NCBI GenBank assembly: GCA_963786935.1
Contig: CAWBAN010000001.1
Span: 897,158 to 961,157 of the forward strand
Direction of reading: 5' to 3'
DNA from: an uncultured bacterium
Lineage (GTDB): Bacteria; Krumholzibacteriota; Krumholzibacteriia; Krumholzibacteriales; Krumholzibacteriaceae
DNA length: 64,000 nt
Position 1 is the stretch's first letter. Each line of letters begins with the position of its first letter. The position numbers were made by a program, and so were the translations under genes. Below are positions 19,293 to 28,285 of this stretch, piece after piece. The notes under the pieces are model-generated. The model made no database searches. It was not told the DNA's origin and saw only the letters and a program-made list of their open reading frames with translations.

Positions 19293-20237
19293 ATGAATGC
19301 GACAATCTCCCGGATCCGACATCGAGGAATAAGCGCGCTCCTTTTGCCGCTGCTCGTTACCACGCTCCCCCCCGCCTCGGGCTGCGTCCCCTCCTCCTAC
19401 CAAGGGGAGCAGGAGCTGGCCGACGAGATCGGCGACGTCGAATATCTCGAGGGCTACGGCGAGTGGTTCGAGGCTCCTCCCTACGGCATGGTGTGGCAGC
19501 CGTTCGTCGTATCGGACTGGGCGCCGTTTTCGCACGGGCATTGGCTCTGGACGGCGGACGGATGGGCGTGGGTGTCCTACGAGCCGTTCGGATGGCTCGT
19601 GTACCATTACGGCTTCTGGGATTTTCGCCCGGATATCGGCTGGTTCTGGATCCCGGGCGACGCATGGTCCCCCGCCCAGGTCGAATGGTACACGTTCGAC
19701 GAATACGCCGCCTGGGCGCCGCTCCCGCCCCCCGACGTGTACTGGCCCGCGCCCTGGGAGCCTTACGATACCCCTGTTTGGATCGTTGTCGGGATCGATG
19801 AGTTCACCGACGACGACGTCGGCAGCCGCCGCATCGCCGATCGTCTCCCGCGCGAGCTCGCCAAGCGCGGCACGAGCCGCGAACAGCCGCCCGACATTCG
19901 CGTCATCAGGGAGCGCGAGAACCGGCGGTTGGAACCCGTGCCGATCCGCAGGGAGCCCGTCGTAATCAGGCCGCAGCGCCCCGCCGCCCCGGAGCGGGCA
20001 AGCGCCCCCGCCGATTCGAGCCTCGAACGGATGATTCTCCCGCGGGAGGACGAGCGCAAGGTGGACAAATACGCGCCCGATATCCGGAGGGATGTCCTCA
20101 CGCCGCGAAAACCGGCGCAGCCGCCGGAGCAGGGACCCGCTCCTCCGCCCGAGCGCAGATCCTCACCCCCGCCGGAGCAGAAGCCGCCCGAGAAAAAAGC
20201 GCCCGAGGACAGTGTGCGGACACTGAAGCGGCGTTGA
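19293..20237 (+). CDS. Trp-rich repeat lipoprotein with Pro/Arg/Glu-rich C-terminal tail (uncharacterized)
   Basis: AGGAGG lies 7 nt upstream of ATG. The lipoprotein signal is MNATISRIRHRGISALLLPLLVTTLPPASGC. The core has W/Y/G-rich repeats (GWAWVSYEPFGWLVYHYGFWDFRPDIGWFWIPGDAWSP), and the low-complexity tail reads PPEQKPPEKKAPE. Confidence 0.6.
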   Translation: MNATISRIRHRGISALLLPLLVTTLPPASGCVPSSYQGEQELADEIGDVEYLEGYGEWFEAPPYGMVWQPFVVSDWAPFSHGHWLWTADGWAWVSYEPFGWLVYHYGFWDFRPDIGWFWIPGDAWSPAQVEWYTFDEYAAWAPLPPPDVYWPAPWEPYDTPVWIVVGIDEFTDDDVGSRRIADRLPRELAKRGTSREQPPDIRVIRERENRRLEPVPIRREPVVIRPQRPAAPERASAPADSSLERMILPREDERKVDKYAPDIRRDVLTPRKPAQPPEQGPAPPPERRSSPPPEQKPPEKKAPEDSVRTLKRR

Positions 20238-20336
20238 TTCGGCCCGCATTTTGCTCTTTTTCGCGTATCGGAATTCTCGTATACTCCGACTTCGATTCAT
20301 GATGCCCCCGCTTCCCGCCTGGAGAGAAGGCCGACC

Positions 20337-21335
20337 ATGGAATGCGCCGTCATAACGACCTACCGGTGCAACGCGCGATGCCGCATGTGCGAGGCGTGGC
20401 GCAATCCGAGCCCCTCGTCCGAAGAGTTCGATCCGGAAATCCTGCGCAAGATACCCGGCGGGATGAAACGCCTCAATATCACCGGGGGCGAGCCGCTCCT
20501 TCGCCGGGATATCGCGCGCATCGTCGAGATCCTCGACGCGAAAACGAAGCGCCTCGAGATCAGCACGAACGGCTATTTCTGCGACCGGCTCGAGGAGATC
20601 GCGCGGAAATTCCCCCGGCTCACGGTCCGCATCAGCGTCGAGGGGCTGCCGGCGACCAACGACGCGCTCCGCGGCATCCCGGACGGCTTCGACCACGCGA
20701 TGCGGTCCCTCCTGCGTCTCAAGCGCCTCGGGCTCGATGACATCGGTTTCGCCATGACGATCTCCGGGGAGAACTGCCGTGATCTGCTCGACGTATACAC
20801 CCTCGCCGCGTCGATGGACGTCGAGCTCGCCAACGCCGTCGTCCACAACTCGTTTTATTTTTTCAAGAGCGACAACGCGATCACGAACGCCGGCGAAGTC
20901 GACGAGGCGATGTGCCGGTTCATCGAGGCGCTGCTGCGCTCCCCGCGCGGCAACCCCCGGAAACGGGTCAAGGATTGGTTCCGGGCGTACCTGAACCTCG
21001 GGCTCCTCGCGCACGTGCGCGGCCAGCGCCGCCCCATCCCCTGCGGGGCCGGCACAGACACCTTTTTCATCGACCCGTGGGGCCGCGTTCTCGCGTGCAA
21101 CGGATCGGCTGAGCCGTGGATCATGGGGGACCTGCGGACGCAATCGTTCGACGAAATCTGGAACGGGGCGAAGGCAGCCGAGATACGAGCGCTCGTCGCC
21201 TCCTGCGGCAGGAACTGCTGGATGACCGGCACGGCGGTGCCGGCGATGCGCCGCGCGCCGCTCAAGCCGGCGCTCTGGGTGATGAAGAACAAGCTCCGCA
21301 TCCTCCGGGGCAAACCGACGACGTGCTCGGCGTGA
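20337..21335 (+). CDS. radical SAM protein with SPASM/twitch-like C-terminal Cys cluster
   Basis: The CxxxCxxC motif sits at residues 10-17 (YRCNARCRMCEAW), with GGEPLL nearby. The C-terminal cysteines (CGAG...F.IDPWGRVLACN...CGRNCWMTG) resemble the auxiliary-cluster motif. Confidence 0.85.
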   Translation: MECAVITTYRCNARCRMCEAWRNPSPSSEEFDPEILRKIPGGMKRLNITGGEPLLRRDIARIVEILDAKTKRLEISTNGYFCDRLEEIARKFPRLTVRISVEGLPATNDALRGIPDGFDHAMRSLLRLKRLGLDDIGFAMTISGENCRDLLDVYTLAASMDVELANAVVHNSFYFFKSDNAITNAGEVDEAMCRFIEALLRSPRGNPRKRVKDWFRAYLNLGLLAHVRGQRRPIPCGAGTDTFFIDPWGRVLACNGSAEPWIMGDLRTQSFDEIWNGAKAAEIRALVASCGRNCWMTGTAVPAMRRAPLKPALWVMKNKLRILRGKPTTCSA

Positions 21336-21352
21336 GCGCGGGGGCTCCATCG

Positions 21353-22450
21353 ATGAATATCGCGATTCTGGGAATAAAAGGCGTTCCGGGGCACCACGGC
21401 GTCGAGGTCGTCGTCGACTCGCTCCTCCCCCATCTCTCGGCGCTCGGCCACCGGATCACCGTCTACGGGTACGACAGCTACACGAAGCCGGCCGACGACT
21501 ATCGCGGCGCGCGCATCCGCACCGTCGGGGGGAGCGAGCGGAAGAACCTCGAGATGATCTCGCACATGTGGAACGCCGCGATCGCCGCGAGGCGCGAGCG
21601 CTTCGACATCGTGCACATTCACAGCACCGATCCCTGCCTGCTCGCCTGGCTCCCGCGCCCCCGGCACGGCGTCGTCGCCACCTCGCACGGCCAGGCCTAC
21701 CTGCGGAAGAAATGGGGACTGGCGGCGAAGGCGATGTCGAAAACCGCGGAGCGGATGTTCATCCGATATCCGAAGGCCGTCACGTGCGTGTCGAAGCCGC
21801 TCTGCGACTACTACCGCTCGCGGTACGGGAGGGACGTGGAGTATATTCCGAACGGCATATCGTTCCGGGACAAGCCCGAGGCGAGCTGGCTGCGGAAATG
21901 GAATCTTCCCCCCGGGGGCTACCTGTTCTCCTCGGCCGGACGCATCGAGCGGACGAAGGGGCTCACGACGCTGATCGAGGCGTACCGGCTCCTCGGCACG
22001 GAGCTTCCGCTCGCCATCGCCGGCGGCGGGAGCGCCACCGACACCTCGTACTTCGAGGAGCTCAAGGCCTCCGCGCCCCCCGGCGTCGTCTTCGTCGGTT
22101 TTCTCGAGGGGGACGAGTACTATTCCCTTTACGCCCACGCCCGCGTGTTCATCTTCCCGTCCGAGTACGAGGCGATGTCCATGACGCTCCTCGAAGGGCT
22201 GTCGTTCGGGGTTCCGACGGTGTACAGCGACATCCCCGAGAACGAGGCGGTCGCGCGCGGGCTCGGGATACCGTTCAGCGTCTCGGACGCCGCCGCCCTC
22301 GCCGCCGGGGTGCGGCGCGCGCTCGACGGCCGCGTGGAAGCCGAGGCCCTCGCGGCGAAGGCGCGCGAGACCGTCCGGCGCCATCACGACTGGTCGGTCA
22401 TCGCCCGTCAGTACGACGAGATTTACCGGAGAATCACTTCCCGTTCCTGA
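21353..22450 (+). CDS. glycosyltransferase family 4 (GT-B, group 1)
   Basis: The N-terminus reads MNIAILGIKGVPGHHGVEVVVDSL. The C-terminal half has the EX7E-type motif (FIFPSEYEAMSMTLLEGLSFGVPTV). The gene starts 18 nt after the rSAM stop. I chose the internal Met, because the 79-aa N-terminal extension of the ORF is in a different compositional regime. Confidence 0.85.
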   Translation: MNIAILGIKGVPGHHGVEVVVDSLLPHLSALGHRITVYGYDSYTKPADDYRGARIRTVGGSERKNLEMISHMWNAAIAARRERFDIVHIHSTDPCLLAWLPRPRHGVVATSHGQAYLRKKWGLAAKAMSKTAERMFIRYPKAVTCVSKPLCDYYRSRYGRDVEYIPNGISFRDKPEASWLRKWNLPPGGYLFSSAGRIERTKGLTTLIEAYRLLGTELPLAIAGGGSATDTSYFEELKASAPPGVVFVGFLEGDEYYSLYAHARVFIFPSEYEAMSMTLLEGLSFGVPTVYSDIPENEAVARGLGIPFSVSDAAALAAGVRRALDGRVEAEALAAKARETVRRHHDWSVIARQYDEIYRRITSRS

Positions 22451-22976
22451 AGACGCAGATGTCGCTCACCGCGCGGCGCTCCTTCGGCTCGGGCTCCGAG
22501 GCCGGAAAGCCGACGCTGATGAGCGCGGGAACGTCCCACCCCCGCGGGATGTCGAGAAGACGGCGCGCCGCCTTCTTGTCGAACCATCCGATCCAGCACG
22601 TGCCGAGGCCGAGCTCGGCGGCCCGCAGCACGAAATGCTCGCCCGCGATCCCCGCGTCGATGAGATGGTAGTCGATCCCCTTGATTCCGGCGCCGAGACG
22701 ATGCGTCACGACGCCGAGCTTCATCGCGAGCGCGACGATAACGGGAGCTTCGCCGGCGAATCGGTTCGGCACGATCGCTCCCCCCATCGCCTCCTTCGCC
22801 AGACGGTCCTTGAGCGCCCCCTCGGCGACGAAGAAGCGCCACCCCTGCGTGTTCGACGCGCTCGGCGCGAATCGTGCCGCGTCGACGCAGGATTCGATCA
22901 TCTCCCGCGGCACCGGATCGGGCCGGTAGCCCCGGATGCTGCGCCGCTTCCGCACGAGGTCCAGAAATCCGCTCAT
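22434..22976 (-). CDS. nitroreductase family protein
   Basis: The 180-aa protein reads MSGFLDLVRKRRSIRGYRPDPVPREMIESCVDAARFAPSASNTQGWRFFV, the classic nitroreductase N-terminus. The upstream 240 aa of the listed ORF is R-rich junk that overlaps the isochorismatase gene. Confidence 0.8.
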   Translation of the reverse strand: MSGFLDLVRKRRSIRGYRPDPVPREMIESCVDAARFAPSASNTQGWRFFVAEGALKDRLAKEAMGGAIVPNRFAGEAPVIVALAMKLGVVTHRLGAGIKGIDYHLIDAGIAGEHFVLRAAELGLGTCWIGWFDKKAARRLLDIPRGWDVPALISVGFPASEPEPKERRAVSDICVFRNGK

Positions 22977-23632
22977 TTCGCCCTCAACCCGGAGATCAAT
23001 CCGTCCGCCTCCGTCACGAACGCGAATCCGAACGCGAGATTGAGGAGGCTCGCGCGATGCATCTCCTCGGTGACGCTCGCCGTGCCGTCGGCCGGGATGA
23101 ATACGCGGAAGTCGCGATAATACGCGTCGCGCGCGGTAGACTCGACGCACATGTTCGTCATGATCCCGGCGATGACGAGGTCCTCGATCCCGAGGCATCG
23201 CAGAACGATCTCGAGATCCGTACCGAAGAAGGCCGAGTAGCGGTGCTTCTCGACGACCTTCTCCCCCGCCCGCGGCGCGATCGCCCGGTGAATCTCGCTT
23301 TCGCTGCTTCCCTCCACGCACATCCCCTTCCACCACCATCCCATGATTCCGCTGTCCAAATTGCCGGGATGATGCACGTGTTTCGTGAAGATGACCGGCC
23401 GGCCGCACTCCCTGAAGGCGTCGATCATCCCCCGCACCGTCGGGACGATCGCGGGACCGCCGCACGTGAACGTCGGCGAAGCGGGATCGAGAAAGAACTC
23501 CTGCATGTCGACGACCAGCAGCGCGCTCGCCGGGACGTCGAGCCGCATCTCGTGCTGATTGAACGCCGCGATGTCGCGAAGCCATCCTTCGGTTTTCCCC
23601 GCGAGCGTCTCGATGGTCACATACGCATCCAC
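22973..23632 (-). CDS. isochorismatase-family cysteine hydrolase
   Basis: It has ALLVVDMQEFF, KHVHHPG and IAGIMTNMCVESTARDA, with the catalytic D-K-C triad in place. A 4-bp ATGA overlap couples it to the nitroreductase. Confidence 0.85.
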   Translation of the reverse strand: MDAYVTIETLAGKTEGWLRDIAAFNQHEMRLDVPASALLVVDMQEFFLDPASPTFTCGGPAIVPTVRGMIDAFRECGRPVIFTKHVHHPGNLDSGIMGWWWKGMCVEGSSESEIHRAIAPRAGEKVVEKHRYSAFFGTDLEIVLRCLGIEDLVIAGIMTNMCVESTARDAYYRDFRVFIPADGTASVTEEMHRASLLNLAFGFAFVTEADGLISGLRAK

Positions 23633-23699
23633 GCGCGAACCTCCCCGCGGCGACCCCGCCGCAATCCGCCGAACGGCCGGCGGCGCGACGCATGTGTCG

Positions 23700-25109
23700 T
23701 CACCCCGGAAATACCGAGCCCCGCTTGCCGGCGAAACCGTCTTTCCCGGCCAGCAGCAGCGCCCCGGAGGGAATCGCCTCGGCGGCGAGCCGGCACATCT
23801 CGTCGGAGACGTCGCGGATCTCCCACTGGGCGGCGAGATCGCTCCGCAGCCGTGAAAAATGATACAGCTCGCGAAGATCGAGGCAGAAGAGCACGCGCCG
23901 CCGGTGCGCGTTCAGGAGGACGTATTCGGCAGCCCGACCGAGCTTCGGCCCGCGCAGCCGGTAAAACGCGGCCGCCCGTTTCGCCGCCTCCCGCAGGAGC
24001 GCCGTCTGCCGGGCCTTCCGGAACGTCGGGGGCACGGATATGCCGAGACGCGGATCGTACGGCTGGGCCAGAAGCGTGGCGATCCGGTGACGCTTGAGCT
24101 GCGCGTAGCATGACGCCGACAGGACGATCTCGAAGGAGAGATGGATCGTCTCGAACTCGCGCCAGACCGAATCGTGGCGCCCGAGACGCTTCAACGCCTC
24201 GCGGATGATCCGCGCCCTTCCCCTCGCGCCGAGCCGCGCGGCGGAAGACGCGGCATCCCGCATCGAGCCGCCGCTCGCGGAGAAGATGATGCTCGCGGCG
24301 AGCCGCTCGTCCGCGTCCGGCGTGACGTCGACGAGCCGGACCAGGGCACCTCCCGTTCCCACGCCCGCCCGCCGGGGCGGGACCATGGCCGCGATGTCCC
24401 GCATGGCAACGGGCATCTCGCGGTGATGCGCCCCCGGTTCGGTGTACCGGATCAGCGAAGGCATCAATCCCTTCGTCGCGCGATACATCCTGCGGGAAAG
24501 CTCGCGAAGCTCGCGCAGCGGATGCCCGGCGAGCCGCCTGATGATGTATTCGAGCTCGCGCGCGTTCACCGTCATGCCGAGCTGCGTCGAGGTCGCGAGC
24601 GGCATGAGATAACGCGCGTCCTCCTTGGCCGATCCCGGATCATCGCCGCACGCCTCGATGCGCCGGCAGGCCGTCTCGTACGCCGCGTGGAGCCCGCCGA
24701 CGAGGGAGCCGAACTCCCGGTCGAATCCGGCCTCCGCGATTTCCGGCGGGACGACGGTGTCGCGCCCGAGTCGGATGTAGCGCTGGGATTTTTCCGTGTA
24801 CGAGGCGAGGCGGAAGCGCTCGAGCTCCTCGACGGCGAGCCGCGACAGCCCCGTCAGATCGAGATTGACGACGGCGTGCTCCGCCACCGACGCGTGCCCG
24901 AGCCCGAAGACGATGCGCTCGTTCGATTTCCGCGCCTTCTCGACGGCGCCGCGCGCGTCCTTCCGGAGGGCCGCCACGTTTCTCGGATCCCTGCTGATGC
25001 GGGCGTACGCGGCGGATATGACCTCGGGGGTCACCGCCTCGCCGAAGCGCCGCCGCGTCTCATCGAGGAGCGCGGCTTCCACGTTGAATCCCGCGAGCGT
25101 CACTTTCAT
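23700..25109 (-). CDS. thyX: FAD-dependent thymidylate synthase ThyX, tandem two-domain (fused pseudo-dimer) form
   Basis: The first half carries a ThyX-like ARISRDPRN...ERFRLASYTEKSQRY (RHR-x7-S-x-RY type) motif. The second half carries LKRHRIATLLAQPY. The 469-aa length is about twice that of canonical ThyX. Confidence 0.7.
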   Translation of the reverse strand: MKVTLAGFNVEAALLDETRRRFGEAVTPEVISAAYARISRDPRNVAALRKDARGAVEKARKSNERIVFGLGHASVAEHAVVNLDLTGLSRLAVEELERFRLASYTEKSQRYIRLGRDTVVPPEIAEAGFDREFGSLVGGLHAAYETACRRIEACGDDPGSAKEDARYLMPLATSTQLGMTVNARELEYIIRRLAGHPLRELRELSRRMYRATKGLMPSLIRYTEPGAHHREMPVAMRDIAAMVPPRRAGVGTGGALVRLVDVTPDADERLAASIIFSASGGSMRDAASSAARLGARGRARIIREALKRLGRHDSVWREFETIHLSFEIVLSASCYAQLKRHRIATLLAQPYDPRLGISVPPTFRKARQTALLREAAKRAAAFYRLRGPKLGRAAEYVLLNAHRRRVLFCLDLRELYHFSRLRSDLAAQWEIRDVSDEMCRLAAEAIPSGALLLAGKDGFAGKRGSVFPG

Positions 25110-25128
25110 AACGGCGGCCCCTCCCGCC

Positions 25129-27428
25129 TCAGAAGCCGAACAGGACGCTTCCGTAGAATCGCCAGTCGTTCTTTTCGTATGCCGTTATCGATCCCCCGAA
25201 CGGAGCCTTGTATATGACGTCGTTGAGGCTGTACGCCGCCTCGAACGACGCGGCGATCGGGTAGCTGAAAAAGGTGAATCCCTTGAGCCGCAGATCGAAT
25301 CCGACGTCTTTCTGATTTCCGTTCAAATCGAACTCGTTCGAGGTCCACGCCTTGCCGGCCTCGGCGAAAACGGCCGCGTAGAGGGAGCCGAGATAGAGGA
25401 CGGACGCCCGACGATTGATGCTCCGCCAGAGGGGAAACCGATAGGTCAGCCGTCCGATCGCCATCCTCGTCCCGCCGAGGCTGTAATACGAATATCCCCG
25501 CAGACCGTCCCGTCCCCCCATGTACAGATAGAAGAAATCGTCGATGGTGTTCCGGTCGATCATGCCCCCGCGGGCCTGGAGCGAGAGCGCGTGGCGTCCG
25601 AACGGGATCGGGATATGCTCCTCGTAGAGAAACAGGTACCTGCCGAAGTTGTTCTCGTCGTAGACCGGCCTGAAAAGACCCTCCTCGAACTCCCCCGAGT
25701 GGAGCTTGTCGAAGGCCTTCGTGACCTCCACGTCGACCGCTCTTCCGCTTCGCGGGTTGATGTCCCCGTCGACCTCCTCGCGGACGCTCTTGTAGTGCCA
25801 CAGGAGCGATATCTCGTCGGCGACGTAGTAGGTCCAGCCGATCTCCCCTTTGAACTCCCGCTGCGCGGCGAGCTCCCACACCTCTATATTGACGCCGTAC
25901 TCGCCGTGGTTGTACTGCAGAACGGCTTCGTTCCTGCCGAACGGCGTCGTCGGCCGGAACTCCATCTTCGCCGTGAAGAAGGCGTCCCAGAGATCGTACC
26001 GCACCTGCAGATCGCATATTTCGTCCCCGGGATTATCCGGATTCACATCGAGCGAATCCCAATAGCCGTACAAGGTGCGGCTGCGATAAACCTCGAAACC
26101 CAGCGTCGGTTTGAACTGCCTCGTCTCGGCGGACAGATTGAGATCGAACTCGCCGTTGGCGGCCACCGATCCCCCGGCGAACACGCTCTGGCGCCCGAGA
26201 AAATCGCCGGTATCGAGAAAGAGGCCGATGCGCGTCTTTCCCTGATAGATGAGAAACCGCGGATATATGAACATCTTCGTGTACTCGATGCCGAATTTCT
26301 TCTTCTCGGCCGCGCTCGCCGCGCCGGCGCTTCCGCCTGTCGGAGGAGCGGCGATCGACATCCGCCGCGCCGCGAGGCCCGCGTCGTCGAGCGACCCATC
26401 GACGGGGACCGCGCCCGCCTCCCAACCGCGCACCGCGTAAATCTCGAATCCCGCGGCGCCGTAGCCGACGTACAGCAGGTCCGTCCCCGCGGGGCACGGC
26501 GAGAAGGCGCCGCCCAGCACATTCGTCACCTGCACGTCGTCCGGCCGCCCCATCCGGCGGTAATAGACGTTGAATATCCCCGTGCGGTCGCTCGCGTAGA
26601 AAAAGCCCGCCCCGTCGGCGCTCCACCGGGGATCCCGTTCGTCGGCGTCCGTCGCGACGACCGCCGTCTCGGCCCCCGTCGCCGGATCGACGAGAACGAT
26701 ATCCCTGCTCGTTCCCTCGAATCTCGTCGCGAGGATCCCGCCGGCTCCCCACGACAATCCCATATACTCGCGGCCGCTCACCGCGGGAGTCATGATCGTA
26801 TGCCGGCCGCCGGACGCTTCCACGATCGCGATTCGCCCCCCGCCCCCACCGTTCACGACACAGGCGATCCGCGTCCCGTCGGGCGACCACGAGGGATTCG
26901 ACGCGCGCAGCCCCCGCGTCAAACGCTCTTCCTTCTTCGACGCGATCGAATAGACGTACAGATCGCCCCGCAGGTAGCCGTGTTCGTTCGAGTGCGTCTT
27001 TCTCGCGAAACAGATGCGCCCGCCGTCGGGCGAGACGTCGAACCGCGATTCCACGTCCGGCACGATCGTCCGCTCCTTGCCCGCGCCGTCCCCCATCACG
27101 AGATCGAGATCGGAATAATCCCGCCCCCTGTTGGAAAGGAAGAAGCACGTCCCCGGCTCCCGCCCCGGAACGGGAAACTGGTTCATGAAACCCTTCCCGG
27201 CGATCCGCTCTCCGGCCGCCTCGCGGGCCTTCACGCGCGAAACGACCGGCTCGTACGCCGCCGCGAGATCCTCCCACCACAGGCGATAGAGCTCGTCGCC
27301 GCTCACGCCGAGCGCCTTCCGGGACGCCCCGCCGACGCTCCACGTCCTGAGCGAAGAAAACGCCAGGGCAAGCTCCCGCAGCTTGTCGGGGCCGAACCGC
27401 CGGGCCACGAAGCCGGCGAGAGAGAACC
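25129..27428 (-). CDS. C-terminal fragment of large outer-membrane protein: TolB-like WD40 beta-propeller + Omp85/BamA-like beta-barrel (frame B of frameshifted gene)
   Basis: The propeller shows DVSPDGGRICFARK, SWSPDGTRIACVV and RWSADGAGFFYASDRTG. The C-terminus has an alternating aromatic pattern (GYSYYSLGG...LYLGSLYAAVFAEAGKAW...FGF) that ends in F, typical of OM barrels. The N-terminal 130 aa of the listed 888-aa ORF is R-rich junk. Confidence 0.6.
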
Positions 27429-28184
27429 CTGGTTGTATACCATCTCGGAGAACCGGCTGTCCTTCCCGAAAACGCCCATATCGTCGAGCGTGAGGAGATT
27501 TCCGCTGACGAAGGCCGTCCTGAGCATCATATCGCGATGGGAATCCCACATATCGCCCCGCGCGCCGGACACCTGATACTGCGCCATCCCCTCGGCGAAC
27601 CACGAGGGGAGGATCTCTCCCGGGACCGGAACGGACACCTGGAGATTCGGATAGCCGTAGATGACGTCGGGGCGTTTTTCCTTCTCGAAATTGATCGCCT
27701 GCAGGTAGACCGCCGGGAGCCGCCGCGGATATTTGAACGAGCTCTGGACCGAAATCATGTGCGTGAACTCGTGGGTGATGACGTTCGAGAGCCACGCCGC
27801 CGAGCCGCGGAACCAGAAATCATAGGGGGTGACGGTGATATCGATGCGGTTGACGTAGTAATACGTGGATCCCTGCGATTCGTCCTCCACGTCCGAGAAG
27901 TTGATGTAGATCTTCCCGTCGGGCCGGTGAGCGTACATCTCGGTGATCGGTCCGTAGATGCTCTCGGCCACGACCGCCGCCTGCGCGGCGTACGCCTCGA
28001 GCCCCTCGTGATACTGAATGGAGAAATGCTCCGTCGTGATCGTGAACCACTTTATTTCCGATTGATTCCAGGCGGCCGACGGCGACGGGACAAGCGCCAG
28101 GGTGATCATCGCGGCGCAGATCAGCAATCTCTTCAAGGCGGGAGCCCCTTTCGGCCAGGGGAGGGTTCGTCTCTCTTCACGCAT
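27303..28184 (-). CDS. N-terminal fragment of the same protein: signal peptide + HExxH zinc metallopeptidase domain (frame A)
   Basis: A signal peptide (LKRLLICAAMITLALVPSPSAA) precedes NVITHEFTHMISVQ (HExxH). The frame becomes junk after ...SEMVYNQG at about 27426. Frame B picks up good sequence (GFSLAGFVARRFGPDKLRELA) at the same place, which indicates a -1 frameshift. Confidence 0.6.
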   Translation of the reverse strand: MREERRTLPWPKGAPALKRLLICAAMITLALVPSPSAAWNQSEIKWFTITTEHFSIQYHEGLEAYAAQAAVVAESIYGPITEMYAHRPDGKIYINFSDVEDESQGSTYYYVNRIDITVTPYDFWFRGSAAWLSNVITHEFTHMISVQSSFKYPRRLPAVYLQAINFEKEKRPDVIYGYPNLQVSVPVPGEILPSWFAEGMAQYQVSGARGDMWDSHRDMMLRTAFVSGNLLTLDDMGVFGKDSRFSEMVYNQGSLSPASWPGGSAPTSCGSLPWRFLRSGRGASAGRPGRRSA

Positions 28185-28285
28185 TTCAGGGGCTTTTCTT
28201 GAACGCTCGCCCAAATATGCGAAATAGACCGGGGGAATGCTACGAAAAACCGAGGCGCGAGGTCAACAGCTATCGCCGCCGGGCG

